Assembly: GCA_036785375.1 (NCBI GenBank)
Contig: JAWMAR010000158.1
Location: forward strand, 1,612,001-1,676,000
Reading direction: 5' to 3'
Source of the DNA: Leucoraja ocellata
Taxonomy: Eukaryota
Length of the DNA stretch: 64,000 bases
The notes under the pieces were generated by a model, which was not told where the DNA came from, did no database searches, and saw only the letters and a list, made by a program, of their open reading frames with translations. The position numbers were made by a program, and so were the translations under genes. Positions 48,252-62,612 of the stretch are shown here, piece after piece. How positions within the stretch are numbered: position 1 is the stretch's first letter; each line of letters opens with the position of its first letter.

Positions 48252-51200
48252 GTACACTTGTCAGGAACATCCCAGATTTGCTCCTGTTTAAAAGAAATTA
48301 GATTACAAATGTTACAGTATTGATAAAAGTTTCCAGCCCAAAAACAACTCTTTTCAAATTGAGCCATTTAGTTGATTCCATTCCACTGTACTCTGTCCCG
48401 ACCCTTTAAAATTCCTCTTTTTCAAGTGTTAAACTCGCCAGGAAAACTACTTACTATCGACAACATTGAAGGAAATTGACTTACTACATGGCCTGATTTG
48501 CTCTATAAACAACTCATCGGTGTGGTTGACTCTTAAATGTCTTATCAGTTCAAGATGGATAATAAGTACCGAGTTAGCCATTGATATCCATATCAGTGAA
48601 TGAATAAATGATTGACAACACATCCCAGAGCAAGAAGGTTAAACTTCAGATCGGCTCTTAATATTTATCCGGAGCTACTTGTTTCTGTGTAAGGGTGTCA
48701 GTTCCGGTTGAACTGTGATGTTTGTCATGATAGAATAAACTATTAACATTCATTGTCATAAAAGGTAATACTTTATAAATGACAGGCCTGGCATGAATAA
48801 TTACCATCTGGATGAGGTACAAGAGAGCATTTGTACCTGTCATGATCCATACCTTTCAAAACAAAAGGATAGAAGTGCAAAACCACATTAAGAAAAAGCG
48901 TGCCAGTGGATAGAATTATATACTATCTGTACGCTGAGTCCATCTGACGCAAAGAATTGTTTAACACTTGACAAGAGATGTCGCTGGCTCTGAGATGAGA
49001 CACTTTCAATCTAAACTATTTCTTCAAGTGTTAGCATCAAGCTGTTAGTCATTTGTTGAAAGGTTCTTCTGATTTTATGTCCAGGCACACTAATCACATA
49101 AATTACGTGAAGATCTAAATTAACAGAGAAAATTGGATGAATTATTTTACAAGAATGCTCCTAATGTTCTTCTCTCCAAGGTCTATAGTGATCCAGTGCA
49201 CCAAGTTGTAAACTGAAGAGAGTCCCTTGTGATTTTTTTTAAATGATAGTGATTTAACCTGCATGAAAAGTCTAGTTAAAAGCTTTTTTGCTGTGTCCAT
49301 CATATTGCTTTGCAATATGATGGACACATTTTTCTGGAACTGTTTGGTGAAGATTAAACTAGCTTGTATCTCCCACAAGATAAAATATCCCAAGACCTGT
49401 AATAGTGAAAGGATTCTAAGTAATTTACCCTTAAGATCAGATTTGTACACCGTACAAGAATCAGACAATTACATACCCACACAAGATTGAAAACTTTCCA
49501 TCCCAATTCACTTTCAATCATTAATGAAACAAAAACAGACTAGAGCCTGCTTGTCTGGAAATTATTGTGATGGTCTGGAAATGTATAATGGGAAATATAA
49601 AATGAAGCAGCAAATGTTCAGAGGCACATTTTGGCCATCCACATTAAAAGGTAGTTTTAAATATATATTTAGAGTGAAGACCAATTCAAGCAGCAAGTTC
49701 CCCAGTTGTGCAAGTTCTAAGAATATGGCAAAGTAACCCAGTTTGGTGTGTCTCTTTTTCTTGTAAACCACCAGCTGTTATTAAGGTTTTCATTTTGTTA
49801 AGTGGTCTGATTGCTCGGTGTTTAAGGTTTCCACTGATCTGTGCTTCAGTTATGAACCAGTCTATTAACTGTTTAGTGTAATTATTTTCATCATCTCTCT
49901 CCCAGTGTATTTCTGGAAATGCTCATTGCTAAAAGATGATTGACAAAGTGATTTGTGAAATAGAAGACTCTTCCTGCTACTTTGAAATGGAGGAGGGGTA
50001 TGAAACCTGGAAAGTATGAGAATCTAAATTACATTAACTAGTTTGCTTGATTAGAAAGGGATGCTGTTAATATGTACTTTTGTTCAAGTGAAGGACAGAA
50101 TAATGAAGAAATAGTAATTTTATTCTTTAAAAAGCAAATTGCAAATTATAGACACTATATTGAAAATGTTTTTCAGCTATTTGCAATCAGCTTGTTCTTC
50201 AAGTAGGAATGAAGAATCACGTTGGACTACCGAATGGGTACAGAGAGCTCTCGTTATATTGGGCAATGTTTTCTCCCCCAAACAATACCTTCAAAAACAA
50301 GTTAACAAATTAACAAATCAATTGTCATTTGCAGGATTTTCTAATGTGCAAAATTTCTTGCTCGTTTATTACATTCATAAAGCATAAGTGGCCATTTTTA
50401 AATGCAATATGAAGCACACAGAGACATCCTGAGAACATATCAATGCAATTCCTTCTGATAAAATTGCCACATTTTCATGTCTTTTCATTTTCAACAGTCA
50501 TCTGTCTGTGTTCTCCTAGAATCTTTTAGATATTTTTAGGTGTTTCCTACTTTTAGATCCATGAGTGCAATGAGGCAATTTAACAAACATCCAAATTACT
50601 GAATGAATGCAGGTGACTCTAGATACTTAATCATATTTCTTACCAGTGCAATATCCAACTGCTTTAACACAGCACTAAAATCGTGCTGCTCCTATAAATG
50701 CCAGGCACACAAAGCTTCTTTTATTATATGCTGTTGCTGATACACTGGGTAATGTGCCTAACTGAGCCTGCGCTTCATTATTCCAAATTAGACAGCAGAC
50801 AAATCCTTATCTAAAGCCCTGGGTTGCCCTTTAAAGGAACAAGACTTCTCAATATTGCCACTTAGTGGTGATATTTGAAGATAATAAGCATGCAGGCTCA
50901 CAGATGAAAAATAAATGTTATCCTGATAAAATTCAGTACAGTTGCAAACGATACAACATACAAAAGATACCAAATCCAAAATGAAATGTGAGAATCTACC
51001 CGTTTCATTTTCTATCACTACTAAAAATATTTTTTCTATGTTTGAATGCACAACATCTCTAATTGTAATCAATGATGGTCAACTTTGCGGCTGCACGCTG
51101 ATCTGAAATAAAAACAAACGCATCTTTGGAATCAAATATTGATAATCCAGGACTTTAATTTAATTTTAGCTATTAAATAAATTCAAATAATGCAGAATTA

Positions 51201-52774
51201 CATCATTTGTGCAAGTAGTAAATAGATTTAAAAAAATGAAAAGAAGGGTCCCGACTTGAAAGGTCACCTATCCATGTTCTCCAGAGATGCTGCCTGACCT
51301 GCATATTTATTCTAGCACTTTGAGTCTAAATGAAATAACTGTATTTTCCCAGATGTCTATGAACAAAGTACTAATTAATAACCCAAAATAATATTTTAAA
51401 CAATCAAGGAATGGTTTGCTTATACTGATACAGTTTTCTCCAGAATGTAATTGCTTCTCAATCATATTCTTGCTGAATAAAGTCAGAATTCTGGGGATAC
51501 CAATTGCCCTAGGAATCATTTGCCTTAACAAGTAGGGGAATGGAAATAATTTTAAATGAACAGGCTTTTATAGATAACAAAAACATTTATTTGTCAAAAT
51601 GCTCCTTATTAATATATGTGCTTATTTCTGTACTTGGAAATACAAAGAATGTTTTTAAAAGGCATAATTCTGGTTGCAATACAAATTTAATGAGATTATA
51701 ATATAGATTCCTACACCGCAAAGGAGGTTGATCAGTCAATCTTGTGCCAAGCTTCAGAGAAAGTTATCTGATTATTCCCACTTCCAAACTCTTTCCGAGT
51801 AGTCCTGCAATTTTCTTTTCTATTGAAAGCAACTATTAAAGCTAGTCCCATCATCCTTTCAGATGATACATTCCAGTTTTATCTATTTTTTTCAAATCTT
51901 ACTGTGTCCTGACTGAGAGCAACAAACTGGCTAATGCATTGTTTCCTTGTTGAATGCGGCTAAATTTGGAAAATAAATGCTTTAAAATGCTAAAATAGAA
52001 TTAAATCTTCAGTTCAGAGCAAAAGGCTCTCAATTGAGAGCAGGAAAAGGGTTGAAAACTTTAATTTTCAAGTTGTTTGTCACTGATTGGATAAATTTGG
52101 TGAGATTTTTAACAGACTTGTTTCAGCAAGATTAACAAATTACCTTTTGTTCAAGATTAGTTTTTATTATGTTTAACATGTCTGGAAACATCACTGTGTA
52201 AATAAATGTCTTTACACCCTATTAGCTAGATAATTACATATAATATTAAGACTAATTATTCTAGAATATTATGTTATATCTCATTATTCTTACCTCTTCA
52301 TCGTATTTTCCCTCTAATATACAGATTTGGTACTTTAAAATTTAACCTCAAATTTCATCTGTTTTGTGGTTTTATTTGCAAGAGTATTTCAATATCCTGC
52401 TGGTTCAATAGCAATAAGTTAAGAGAAAACTAAACTCACCTATAGACTGACTGCAGTAATTCACAAATAAGTATATCTCATTCACCTTCACCTGATGGAT
52501 CATCTGTGGTTCATGGAAGCCATAGCAGTAGATATGGAATCAAAACTATGTTTTAAAACTTCTCATAAATTAATCTGGATATACAGCATGCCACAGCTGT
52601 GGCATGATATACAGTATCTCATAGTTGTAGCTAATTAAACCTCCTATTTCACTTGTGCAGTGGTACTTTCTAAGCAGTCGAAACATATCTAAAGGAAATG
52701 ACTCATGTTAGTACTATTTGGGTAAGCAAGACAATGCAGGAAAGAAATGTTCACAAGCAAGAAAAACAATGCCA

Positions 52775-52989
52775 AGTGTGTAGGATGGACTGCAGATGTT
52801 GGTTTAAACTGAAGATAGATGTAAAATGCTGGTGTAACCCAGCAGGACAGGCAGCATCTCTGGAGAGAAGGAATGGGTGACGTTTCGGGTCAGGTCTGAA
52901 AAAGGCAGTGCCACGAAACATCACCAATTCCTTCTTTCCAGTGATGCTGCCTGTCCCGCTGAGTTACTCTAGCATTTTGTGTCTATCTT
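52775..52989. mobile_element. Fold-back Penelope pseudo-LTR pair
   Basis: The left arm (AAAATGCTGG...GGCAGCATCTCTGGAGAGAAGGAATGGGTGACGTTTCG) is close to the reverse complement of the right arm (CGAAACATCACCAATTCCTTC...GCATTTT). Confidence 0.8.
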
Positions 52990-55261
52990 AAGAAAAATGT
53001 CAATTTCATTTTGCACTGCATTTTCAAAATGCTTTTGTTTTTTTATTAAATTACATGTTCCTCTAATTCACAGTGTAAAAATTGCAATGGTATTTGCACG
53101 TTTTCATGTAAAACATGCCCCGATTTCTGCTTCAAATATATCTAGAAATAGGAGTAGCAGATATGGTAAATAATAGGGTGAAAACGTGAATAAACAACTT
53201 GATATTAAAAAGTAGATTGATTAAGATGTTAAATAAAAAGTTACTACCCAAGTGGTTTTTGGCTTGTGAGGGTACTTTATGAACAAGCTGCACATATAAC
53301 ATTATTTTCAATTTAAACCAATCTGCATGAGCCCATTTTTTCACATTTTGCCTGTTTTTAGTTTGTATCTAATATTTTAGTCATTTCTTTCTCTGCAAGA
53401 CTGCACAATTCAAAATAAAAAATATCTAAACTGGTTTAAACTATTTTGGGGCTGTAAAATCACAAGAATTTCTAATTTTAATGTGATAAGTAAGGAGAGA
53501 AGCAGTCAACCTAAAACTCCATTAACTCCGAGAAAACAAATCCCAGTAATTATCTGCCAGGAAGTAGAGAATGGCACCAAAAACAGCATAGAAAAATCGA
53601 GGTTGGATATAATACAAACAAATTGTAAGAATGGGTCATTGAAGCTAACAGGCCCATCCCATCAAATACCATTGACTCTGACCCTAGGCAGTCTATGTCG
53701 AAGGAGTGCCAAAAAACACAGAGTGCAAAACCTGTTGTCAATATTGAACAATAAATCTGCCACATCTATGCATAAAACTGACAGAGAAGCAGAAGCCAGA
53801 AATGTTGCTCAAGAGAGCGAGGGACACTGCATTAAAATAACACCAGATAATTGTTGAGGCCACACACAAGTTGAAGTAATCCAATTTTAAAAGCTTTTTT
53901 CACGTCGCAGCCTTGGCCCCAGACACAGTTTAGTTTAGGGTCCAGCACTTGGTGACAATCCTGACTGTAAAATAATTCTTCCAGATTTTTTCTGCAAATA
54001 TTTAAATAAGTGTGTGAGAGTTTGCCAACCAAACAGAAACGCACAAAATGCATTTTAAATGCTCATAAGCCCTAGAACATAGAAAAGTACAGCACAGGAA
54101 CAGGCCCTTCAGTCCACAATGTCTGTGCTGAACATGATGCCAAGATAAACGAATCTTCTCTGCCTGTGCATGATTCATATTCTTGCATAACCATATACCT
54201 CTCTGAAAGCCTCTTAAGTGTGACTATTGTATCTGCCTCCACCAACACCCCTGACAGTGTGTTGCAAGCACCCACTGGTCTCTGTGTAAAAAAAACACCC
54301 ACTCACATCTTTAAGTATAGTTCCTATCTATGCCCTCTAGCCTTTGACATTTTCAACCTCATAAAAAGGTTCAGCCTGTCTACCCTATCTATGCCTTTCA
54401 TAATTGTATACACTTTTATCAGATCACCCCTCAACCTCTAGCTTCCAGAGAAAACAATTCAAGTCTGTGCAATCTCTCCTCATAGCCAATACCCTCTAAT
54501 GCAGGCAGCATTCAAATAAACCTTTTTGCATCCTCTTCAAAACCACCATGGCAATCTTATTAATGAGATGTATTCGCATATTACAAAAATACAGAACTTA
54601 CTCCTCTCAGTTATATCTGTAAGATGGTTTTATGATCAAGAGAATGAAATTTGAACCAAAACAACTGGTAAAAGCAGAGGCACATTTTAAGAGAAAGGAA
54701 GCAGGTGGGCCATCCCTTATTCGCCAACCAAATAGCATAACAGTATCAGTCTTCACACACTAGTAATGCAACTAAGTTGAAGGGCCCTGTAGTGACTGGA
54801 CTCCCTACTGGAATCATCAACCTGATTTCCAAAAGCAACCCAGACTCCAACAGGCTGTCCCAATCTAATCTGATTAATGCTTACAAATACGAAACAACCA
54901 AACTGGCAACTGATGAGTCGTTAACCTTAATTGAGCTTATGAATAATTGATATATTTCATCAAGGCATTAATAAAAAGTAGAACTAATAGCTTCCATATT
55001 CCCACAGTGATGGACTCTCACTACTTTCATTTTCAGTTCCTACTTTCTACCATGCTAATTAACTATTTACAAATGAAAAAAAGAGAGATCCGCCTTTATA
55101 AAATGCTTTTCATAGAGCCTTTATATCGCACATTTAAATAGCATCTTTCACAATCTCCCCCCCCCCCCCCCCCCCCCGTCATCCTAATTTATAGCCAAGC
55201 AAATACTTTTGATGTGTAGTAATTGTTGTAAAATACTTGCAACTTGCATTCAGCATCTCAC

Positions 55262-56260
55262 GAGTTCAAGAGTGTTTATTCATCATATGTCAGATATGAT
55301 GCAAAACAATTAAGTTCTTACTTCTCGTAGCTTTGCAGACACATTAGATGCAACAACAACAATAAATATACCCAAAATTATCAGTTATTCTGAGTAAATA
55401 GATCATGATAGTGCAAAACCCAAAGTACATTGAGTCACCATAATAGGGCAAAATCCATAGTGGTGCAATGCTGAGGGAAGGTTGTGGTTAGGATTGTGCA
55501 GAATGTTTCAAGAACCAGATGGTTGATGGGAGGAAACTATTCTTAGACCTGGAGGTGGTGGTTTTCAGGCTCCTGTACCTTCTTGATGGTAGCAATGAGA
55601 AGTACAGAAAGGTGCAGATCTTTGATGATATTAGCTGCCTTCTTGAGGCAGCATTTTGTACATTCCATTGATGGTGGGGAAGTCGTTACAGTACACTTGT
55701 AGAAGGTTGATAGAGTATTCAGTAATGAGCCACATCTCCTCAAACATCTTAGGAAGTAAAGGCTTTGGTGAGCTTTCTTTATAATTACATTAATGTGCTG
55801 GATCTAGAACATGTCATCATAGATGTGTATGGCCAGGAACTTAAAGCTCATGAAGACAGGTTTTCCCTTCCTGAAATCAACAATTAGCTCTGAGGTCTTG
55901 CAAAAGTTGAGAGCAAAATTGTTGTTATGATACCACTCACCCACAGTTGTATTGTAGCCAAATGTAAATATCACATAGGAGCAGTTGTTGCCAATTCGTA
56001 CTGATTGATGTCTGCCGATAACGAAGTTGTGAAACCAATTACATAGGGATTAGTAGAGACCCAGTTCTCTGAGTTTGGAAGGGATGAATGGCGATGAACA
56101 CCAAGCCGTAGTCAATGAACATCAACCTGACATATGTGTTTCTATTGTCCAAGTTGTCCAGTGCAAAGTGGAGAGGCAGTGAGATCATATCCACTGTCAA
56201 TCTGTTGTCGCTGTCAGTGAATTGAAGTGGATCCAAGTCATTACTGAGGCAGGAGTTGAT
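55262..56260 (-). mobile_element. Heavily decayed Rex1/Babar fragment
   Basis: DPLQF, LDN.NTYVRLMFIDY, KAANIIKD. Confidence 0.8.
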
Positions 56261-57199
56261 TAGCGGATAGAGAGCTGATTAAAGTGTATAGGGTAGATGA
56301 GTAATCCCACCACCTTGAGGTCCCCTATTGCAGCATTTAACACAGTGAGTTCATTATGGCCATTAGTAGACAAGACAAAGGCAAGTACAAGCCAGCAGTG
56401 TCAGCTTAAGAACCCACACGCCATTACTTCTGATCGACTGAACTTGCTCTGGGATTGCAGGCAATTACCAGGCATTAATGGTTACTCTTCAGGCAATTGG
56501 ATCACAATCCTTTACAATAATCCATTTCCTAATCCTCTGTGTTTTCACAGTTTTCATGAAGAATACAATGTCTTTCAAGTCGTGAAAACCCATCAGTACA
56601 TATGATAGCCATAGTTGCACTTGGAAATTAAAGCCGTACAAATTCTACTTTGCTGTTGGCCTTGCAGAGCCAAGGTCAAAAATTTTGTTCTGTTTTTATG
56701 TTATTGATTTTAATCTTGATCAGTGATGTCCGTCTATCTAAACCTTACTGTCGGTGTACATTCGAATAAGAACTACCTGTGGCAATGTTGATAGCTGCAC
56801 TGTTTACCTTGCTGTACATGATTTAAGAAATCCCTCAGGCTCAGGAAATAGGCAGCAATGTGTCCGGTCATAACAGCTTATCTTACCATGTTATTCCTGT
56901 GAGTGATGGTCAGAGAATATTTATTTTCCATTGCAGGGAAACAACACGGTGTCAACACATTTTAACCAGATTGTTTTACAGCAGTATTTCACCCAGGGTG
57001 ACAGCTCTACTTAACATTTCTGCATTAACTCCTCAAGTCCTGACTGATTCCAGGCAACATGTGTGGAGATCAATATAATATGAGCAATAATCCTGCAGTC
57101 AGTATTAATTTCCATTCTATGCAAGAGCTGAGAAAAGACAAAATCAGTGTAATTATGTTTCAGTACTTCTCAATTGGAATAGCAACATATGTTTATGTT

Positions 57200-59356
57200 A
57201 GTATTGGTTTATCATTGTTGCATATACTGAGGTAGAGTGAAAAACTTTTGTTTTCATACTATCAGATCATACTATACATGAGTACAATCAAGCTAAACAC
57301 AAGTAGAACAATAGTGCAAAGGGGAAAATACCAGAGAGCAGAATATAGCTTTGGAGCATTATAGTCACAAAGAAAATATACCAGCATCCACAATAAAGGT
57401 AGGCTGGAAGATCAGGACTACCCAAGAGTCCATATACCATTGCATAAATATATACACACATGAATAATTAAACTGATAAAGTACAAATAAACATATTATT
57501 GGCTATTAATGTTCAGAGTTTTGGCCGAGTCGAGTTTAATAGCCTGAAGGCTGTGGGGAAGAAGTTGTTCCTGAACCTGGTCGTTGCAGTCTTCAGGCTC
57601 CCACCTGAATGTAGCGGGGAGATGAGTGTGTGGCTAGGATGGTGTGGGTCCTTGATGATGCTGCCAGCCTTTTTGAGGTAGCGACTGCGATAGATCTCCT
57701 CGATGGAAGGGAGGTCAGAGCCGATGATGGACTGGGCAGTGTTTACCACTTTTTGTAGTCTTTTCTGCTCCAGGGCGCTCAAGTTTCCGAACCAAACCAC
57801 GATGCAACCAATCAGCATGCTCTCACCTGTGCACCTGTTGAAATTAGAGAGAGTCCTCCTTAACATACCGACTCTCCGTAAGCTTCTCAGGAACTAGAGG
57901 TGCTGATGAGCTTTCTTTATAATTGCATCCGTGTTCTCGGACCAGATATATGCACGCCCAGGAATTTGAAGCTCTTGACCCTTTCCTCCATCAACCCGTT
58001 GATATAAACGGGATTGTGGGTCCCGATCCACCCCCTTCCAAAGTCCACAAACAGTTCATTGGTTTTGCTGGTGTTGAGGGCCAGGTTATTGTGCTGGCAC
58101 CATATGGTCAGTCAGTCGATCTCACTTCTGTACTCTCACTCATCCCCATCAGTGATACATCCCACAACAGCGGTGTCGTCAGCGAACTTGATGATGGAGT
58201 TCACACTATGACCGGCTACGCAGTCATGAGTTAGAGTGAGTACAGCAGGGGGTTAAGCACGCATCCTTGAGGTGCTGATTGTTATTGAGACTGACACATT
58301 TCCACCAATACGAACTGACTGTTGTCTGTGAATGAGGAAGTCGAGGATCCAATTGCAGAGGAATGCACAGAGGCCCAGTTCTGCGAGTTTGGTAAACAGC
58401 TTGGAGGGGATGATTGTGTTAAATGCCGAGCTGTAATCAATGACTAACAGCCTGACATATGAGATTTTGTTGTCCAACTGGTCCAGAGCAGAGTGGAGAG
58501 CCAGCGAGATCGCATCCACCGTTGATCTGTTGTGGCGGTAAGTGAACTGCAGAGGGTCCAGGTTTTTGTCGAGCTAGGAATTGATTTGCGCCATGATCAA
58601 CCTCTCAAAGCACTTAATCACCACAGACGTTTATGCCACTGGTCGATATTCATTGAGGCAAGTGACCTTGCTCTTCTTGGGCACCGGTATTATTGATGCC
58701 CTTTTAAAGCAGGTGGGAACCTTAGACCTCAGAAGTGAGAGGTTGAAGATGTCCGTAAAAACTCCAGCCAGTTGGTCCACACAGGTGTTTAGAACACGAC
58801 CGGGTATACCATCAGGTCCAGGCACTTTTCGAAGGTTACCCCTCTGAGGGATTTTCTGACGTCAGCTTCCGTGACTGAGACTGAAATACCATCACAGCGA
58901 ATGGGGGCTCGAGAAGGCGCATCGGTGTTCTCCCTGTCAAAGCGTGCGTAAAACGCATTGAGCTCGTCAGGGAGTGATGTTTCGCCGACATTCGTGCTGC
59001 CTCCTGATCTCGCCTTGTCGGAGGTGATTGCATTCAGGCCCCGCCACAGCTGCCGAACATCTGTCTCATCCTCCAGTTTGGAGCAGGTCCCTTTTTGGCC
59101 TTTTTGATGGCCTTACCAAGGTCACATCTGGACTTCTTGTAGACCACTGTATCATCAGACATGAATGCCCGGTGTCTGGTCTTCAGAAGAGTGCGGATGT
59201 CATAGTTCATCCAAGGCTTCTGATTGGGAGAAACGGAAGGTGTTTTGTAGGGATGCAGTCCTCCACACATTTCTGTATGAAGTCTGTAAAGACTGACGTA
59301 TTCGTTCAAGTCCGTTGCCGACTCCCTGAAAATTGTCCAGTCTACAGACTCCAAAG
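57200..59356 (-). mobile_element. Decayed Rex1/Babar LINE
   Basis: [28 protein letters not shown], and FRNNFFPTA.RLLN in broken frames. Confidence 0.9.
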
Positions 59357-60597
59357 GGAGATTAACATAACCTCTACATTCAATGAAATTACCATTTTTG
59401 CGTCAACATCCTGGAATTCACAGACTGGAAACTCAACCATAGCAGCATGAATGCATTAGCTACAAAAGTAGTGCAAAAGTTGGGTATTCCACAATGTCTG
59501 GTGGATCTCCTGGTTCCTCAAAGTACCTCCACCATCTGCAAGTTACTTCAGGAGTCTGCTAGAATATGCTACGCTTACCTGGAATGTGTACTGTATAGAC
59601 ACTTAAGAAGCACAATAGGATGACAAGGCAATTACTTTATAGGTACCCATCCTCTAGCTTTAACACCCACTTCCTTTACCATTGACATTCAACGGCTGCT
59701 CCACCCTAAACTCCAATTGTCTCCCTATGGTCCGTTATAACAAGGGTTTACTGTATTCACAAAGTTCAATGTTGTTGGAAAACAAATATTCAGTGATTTC
59801 ATAGGAGTTACTTGTCAATAACATCTTGTTAGATATAGATCCTTACATGTGTCTTGCAGATAGTGGAGGTACTTTGAGGAATCAGTGGATCCACCAGTCA
59901 TTGTGGAATGCCCAGCTTTCGCACTGCTTTTGTAGCTGCAGCATTTACGCTGCTACTGTGGAATTTTCAGTCTATGAACCATCGACAGGACACATGGCTG
60001 CAGGGTATACCATCTGTAATACAGTATGCACAGCCGCAAGTCGCCAACGCTTCTTCATCTAGAAGAACTAGAACAGCAGGTGCACAGAAACCTCATCGTC
60101 ATCACCAAGATCCCTTCCAAGTCACACACTATCCTGACAAATGTTGACTCTACACATGGCCTACAGGATCTCCCATAAAGTACACTGGCACCACCTCAGT
60201 TTTTAGCAATAGTACAAAATGTTATACAAACAAAGTAAGGTAAACGATTTCTAACAAATTGGCCGAGTTTGCTTCATTTGCATTGTTACAATGTACTGAA
60301 TAGAAACATTGCTCAGCCTTTAATTGTTGATAGCTGGATTCCAGCAGGCTAGATAGAGGTTATCGTGTTTTTCTTCTTTCATGTCCATCTTCCATGTTTC
60401 AAATGTTGACATCGCTGTCGTCGTCCAAGCTAAAAAAAGACGCAAGCTTCCGGCGACAATCAGTGGGAGCCATCACTTGTTGCAATAGATTGTCACCCTG
60501 TTAATGGCAGATAACCTCCCCGAAGGCTGCAGTGGAAAGATTAAGATCATTGTGGCTTCTCTGAGATTCGACTATCTGCAGAGTATTAGGAGTTTTA

Positions 60598-60888
60598 GGG
60601 GCAGCATGGTGGAGCAGCGATAGAGTTGCTGCCTTACAGCACCAGAGACCTGGGTTTGATCCTGAATACTGGTGCTATCTGTACAGAGTTTGTACATTCT
60701 CCTAGTTTTTCGCCAGGTGCTCCGGTTTCCACCCACACTCCAAAGACGTACAGGTTTGTAGGTTAATTGGCTTCGGTAAAAATTGTAAATTGGCCCTAGT
60801 GTGTAGGATAGTGCTACTGTACTGGGATCGCTGGTCGGCGCGGACTTTGTGGGCCGAAGGGCCTGTTTCCACGCTGTATCTCTAAACT
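60598..60888 (+). mobile_element. tRNA-derived SINE (HE1-like)
   Basis: Same head, body and tail as 29695-30041. Confidence 0.85.
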
Positions 60889-61395
60889 ATAGCTTGTGTG
60901 AGGGTGGCTTTAGAGTTACTATCCTGACAGTGTTTGCACTAACCCTGTTCAATGCCATCAAATCTGACATACTCACACCGAATATGGTTTGGACACAAAT
61001 TAAGCAGAAGGGTCTTCTGTGCATGTTCTGTTCTGAGCCACAGCATTGCAATACTCTCATACAAATACTCGGCAGAATTGTATGCAGAGATCTGACTGTT
61101 AGATCATATATATTTAACTTGTCAAAATGACAACTTCAGTTTCTGATGGAGGAAAATTAAGTAATTATCTGCTGGAAGTAAACAACATCGCTCCACCCAA
61201 TTGCAAAGCAACGATTTACTAATTAACCTGCTTGTTTACAAAAAAGATGTCACACATCATTTTGTCATTGTTCAGATGCTTTTTGATGGGAAAATTTCTT
61301 TTTTGGATCTATATCTCACAGAATATAATTGATAACTAACTCCTATAAAATCACTGAATATCTGTTGTCCAACACTAAATTGAACTTTATGAAGA

Positions 61396-61990
61396 CAGTA
61401 AACCCTTGTTATAAGGGAACATGGAGGAGGGGGAGGGGGGGAAGGAATAGTTTCTGTTATTGCCGAGTGTCCACTATAATCGAGTGAGAGTTGACGCCAC
61501 TGCCCAGGTCATTATCCTGGACTCCTGTCGCTGAGAGCCCAAGTCTGACCTTCCTCGCCACACGGAGCGCTGGGCTCAAGAAGGCTGCCCGGCTCCACCT
61601 GGGCAGCACAGCTGGGGAACGGCAATAACCGCTGTTGCTGATTCCTGCATTCAGAGATCGAGGACAAAATGTGAGGTCTGGGGCATTGGGGTGGTGGTGT
61701 GAGAGGATGCGGAAACTCTGTCCCGCTCTTAGTGAGATTCCCACGCCTGGAGTTCTGGGCAAAAGGACATTGATCTTAAACGTTAACTCTGTTTCTCCTT
61801 CCAATTACATCAACCTGCCTAACCTGCCGAGTGTACAAAGTTCTTTTTAACAGCTAAAATGTATTTTTGTTGCTGCAAGGTAAAAATATGAAAGGCTGTT
61901 TCCACAGTGTAATTAGCAGCCTGTGTTCTTAAAGAGACAGACAGCTATAACCCAAATCAATTGTAGATCTGTAATAACAAGGGTTTACTG
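61396..61990. mobile_element. Tc1/mariner (pogo/Tigger-like) MITE
   Basis: TIRs CAGTAAACCCTTGTTAT and ATAACAAGGGTTTACTG followed by TA. An orphan TIR copy ends at 59753. Confidence 0.75.
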
Positions 61991-61992
61991 TA

Positions 61993-62222
61993 TAGACACA
62001 AACTGGAGGAGTAACTTAGTGGGTCAGGCATGATCTCCAAAGAACACGGATAGGTGACGATTTGAGTCGGGACTCATCTTCAGTCTGAAAAATAGACCCT
62101 TGTAGTCCCAACCTAAAACATTGCCTATCCATGTTCTCCAGAGATGTTGCCTGACCCACTGAGTTCCTCCAGCAGTTAGTGTCTTTTTTTGTAAATCAGC
62201 ATCTGCACTATACTTGTGTCTA
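61993..62222. mobile_element. Fold-back Penelope pseudo-LTR pair (decayed)
   Basis: Same family and inverted arrangement as 52775-52989. Confidence 0.72.
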
Positions 62223-62479
62223 TACTTTTTGAATATTAATCCCAGATTGAAATCATTCTTTTCCTTCACTATGCCACTTTCCAATCAACCTGTTAAAAGC
62301 ATTTCTATAAAAAGTCTGAATATCTGACCATTCATGGAGGAGCAATTGACATGTATTAGACCTGTATCTTTGGAAGAGTGTCTTTGGAATGTCGTGGCAA
62401 TTCTTTTGTAGTATAAATTCAAAATGCTTCAAAGGCTGAGGATACAAAACAGAAGCAAAGTTTGCCGGAAACACAAAAG

Positions 62480-62612
62480 AGGCTGAAGAAGGGTTTTGAC
62501 CCGAAGCATCACCCATCCATCTTCTCCAGAGATGCTGCCTGACCCGCTGAGTTACTACAGCACTTTGCGTCCTTTTGTGGATTAACCAGCATCTGCAGTT
62601 CCTCTTTTCTAC
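62480..62612 (+). mobile_element. Penelope pseudo-LTR fragment
   Basis: CTGAAGAAGGGTTTTGACCCGAAG...GATGCTGCCTGACCCGCTGAGTTACT...GCATCTGCAGTTCC. Confidence 0.8.

Noticed and set aside
53483-53857. 124-aa plus-strand ORF
   Set aside because: No recognisable domain or convincing splice sites. The same applies to 9112-9531 and 49142-49468.
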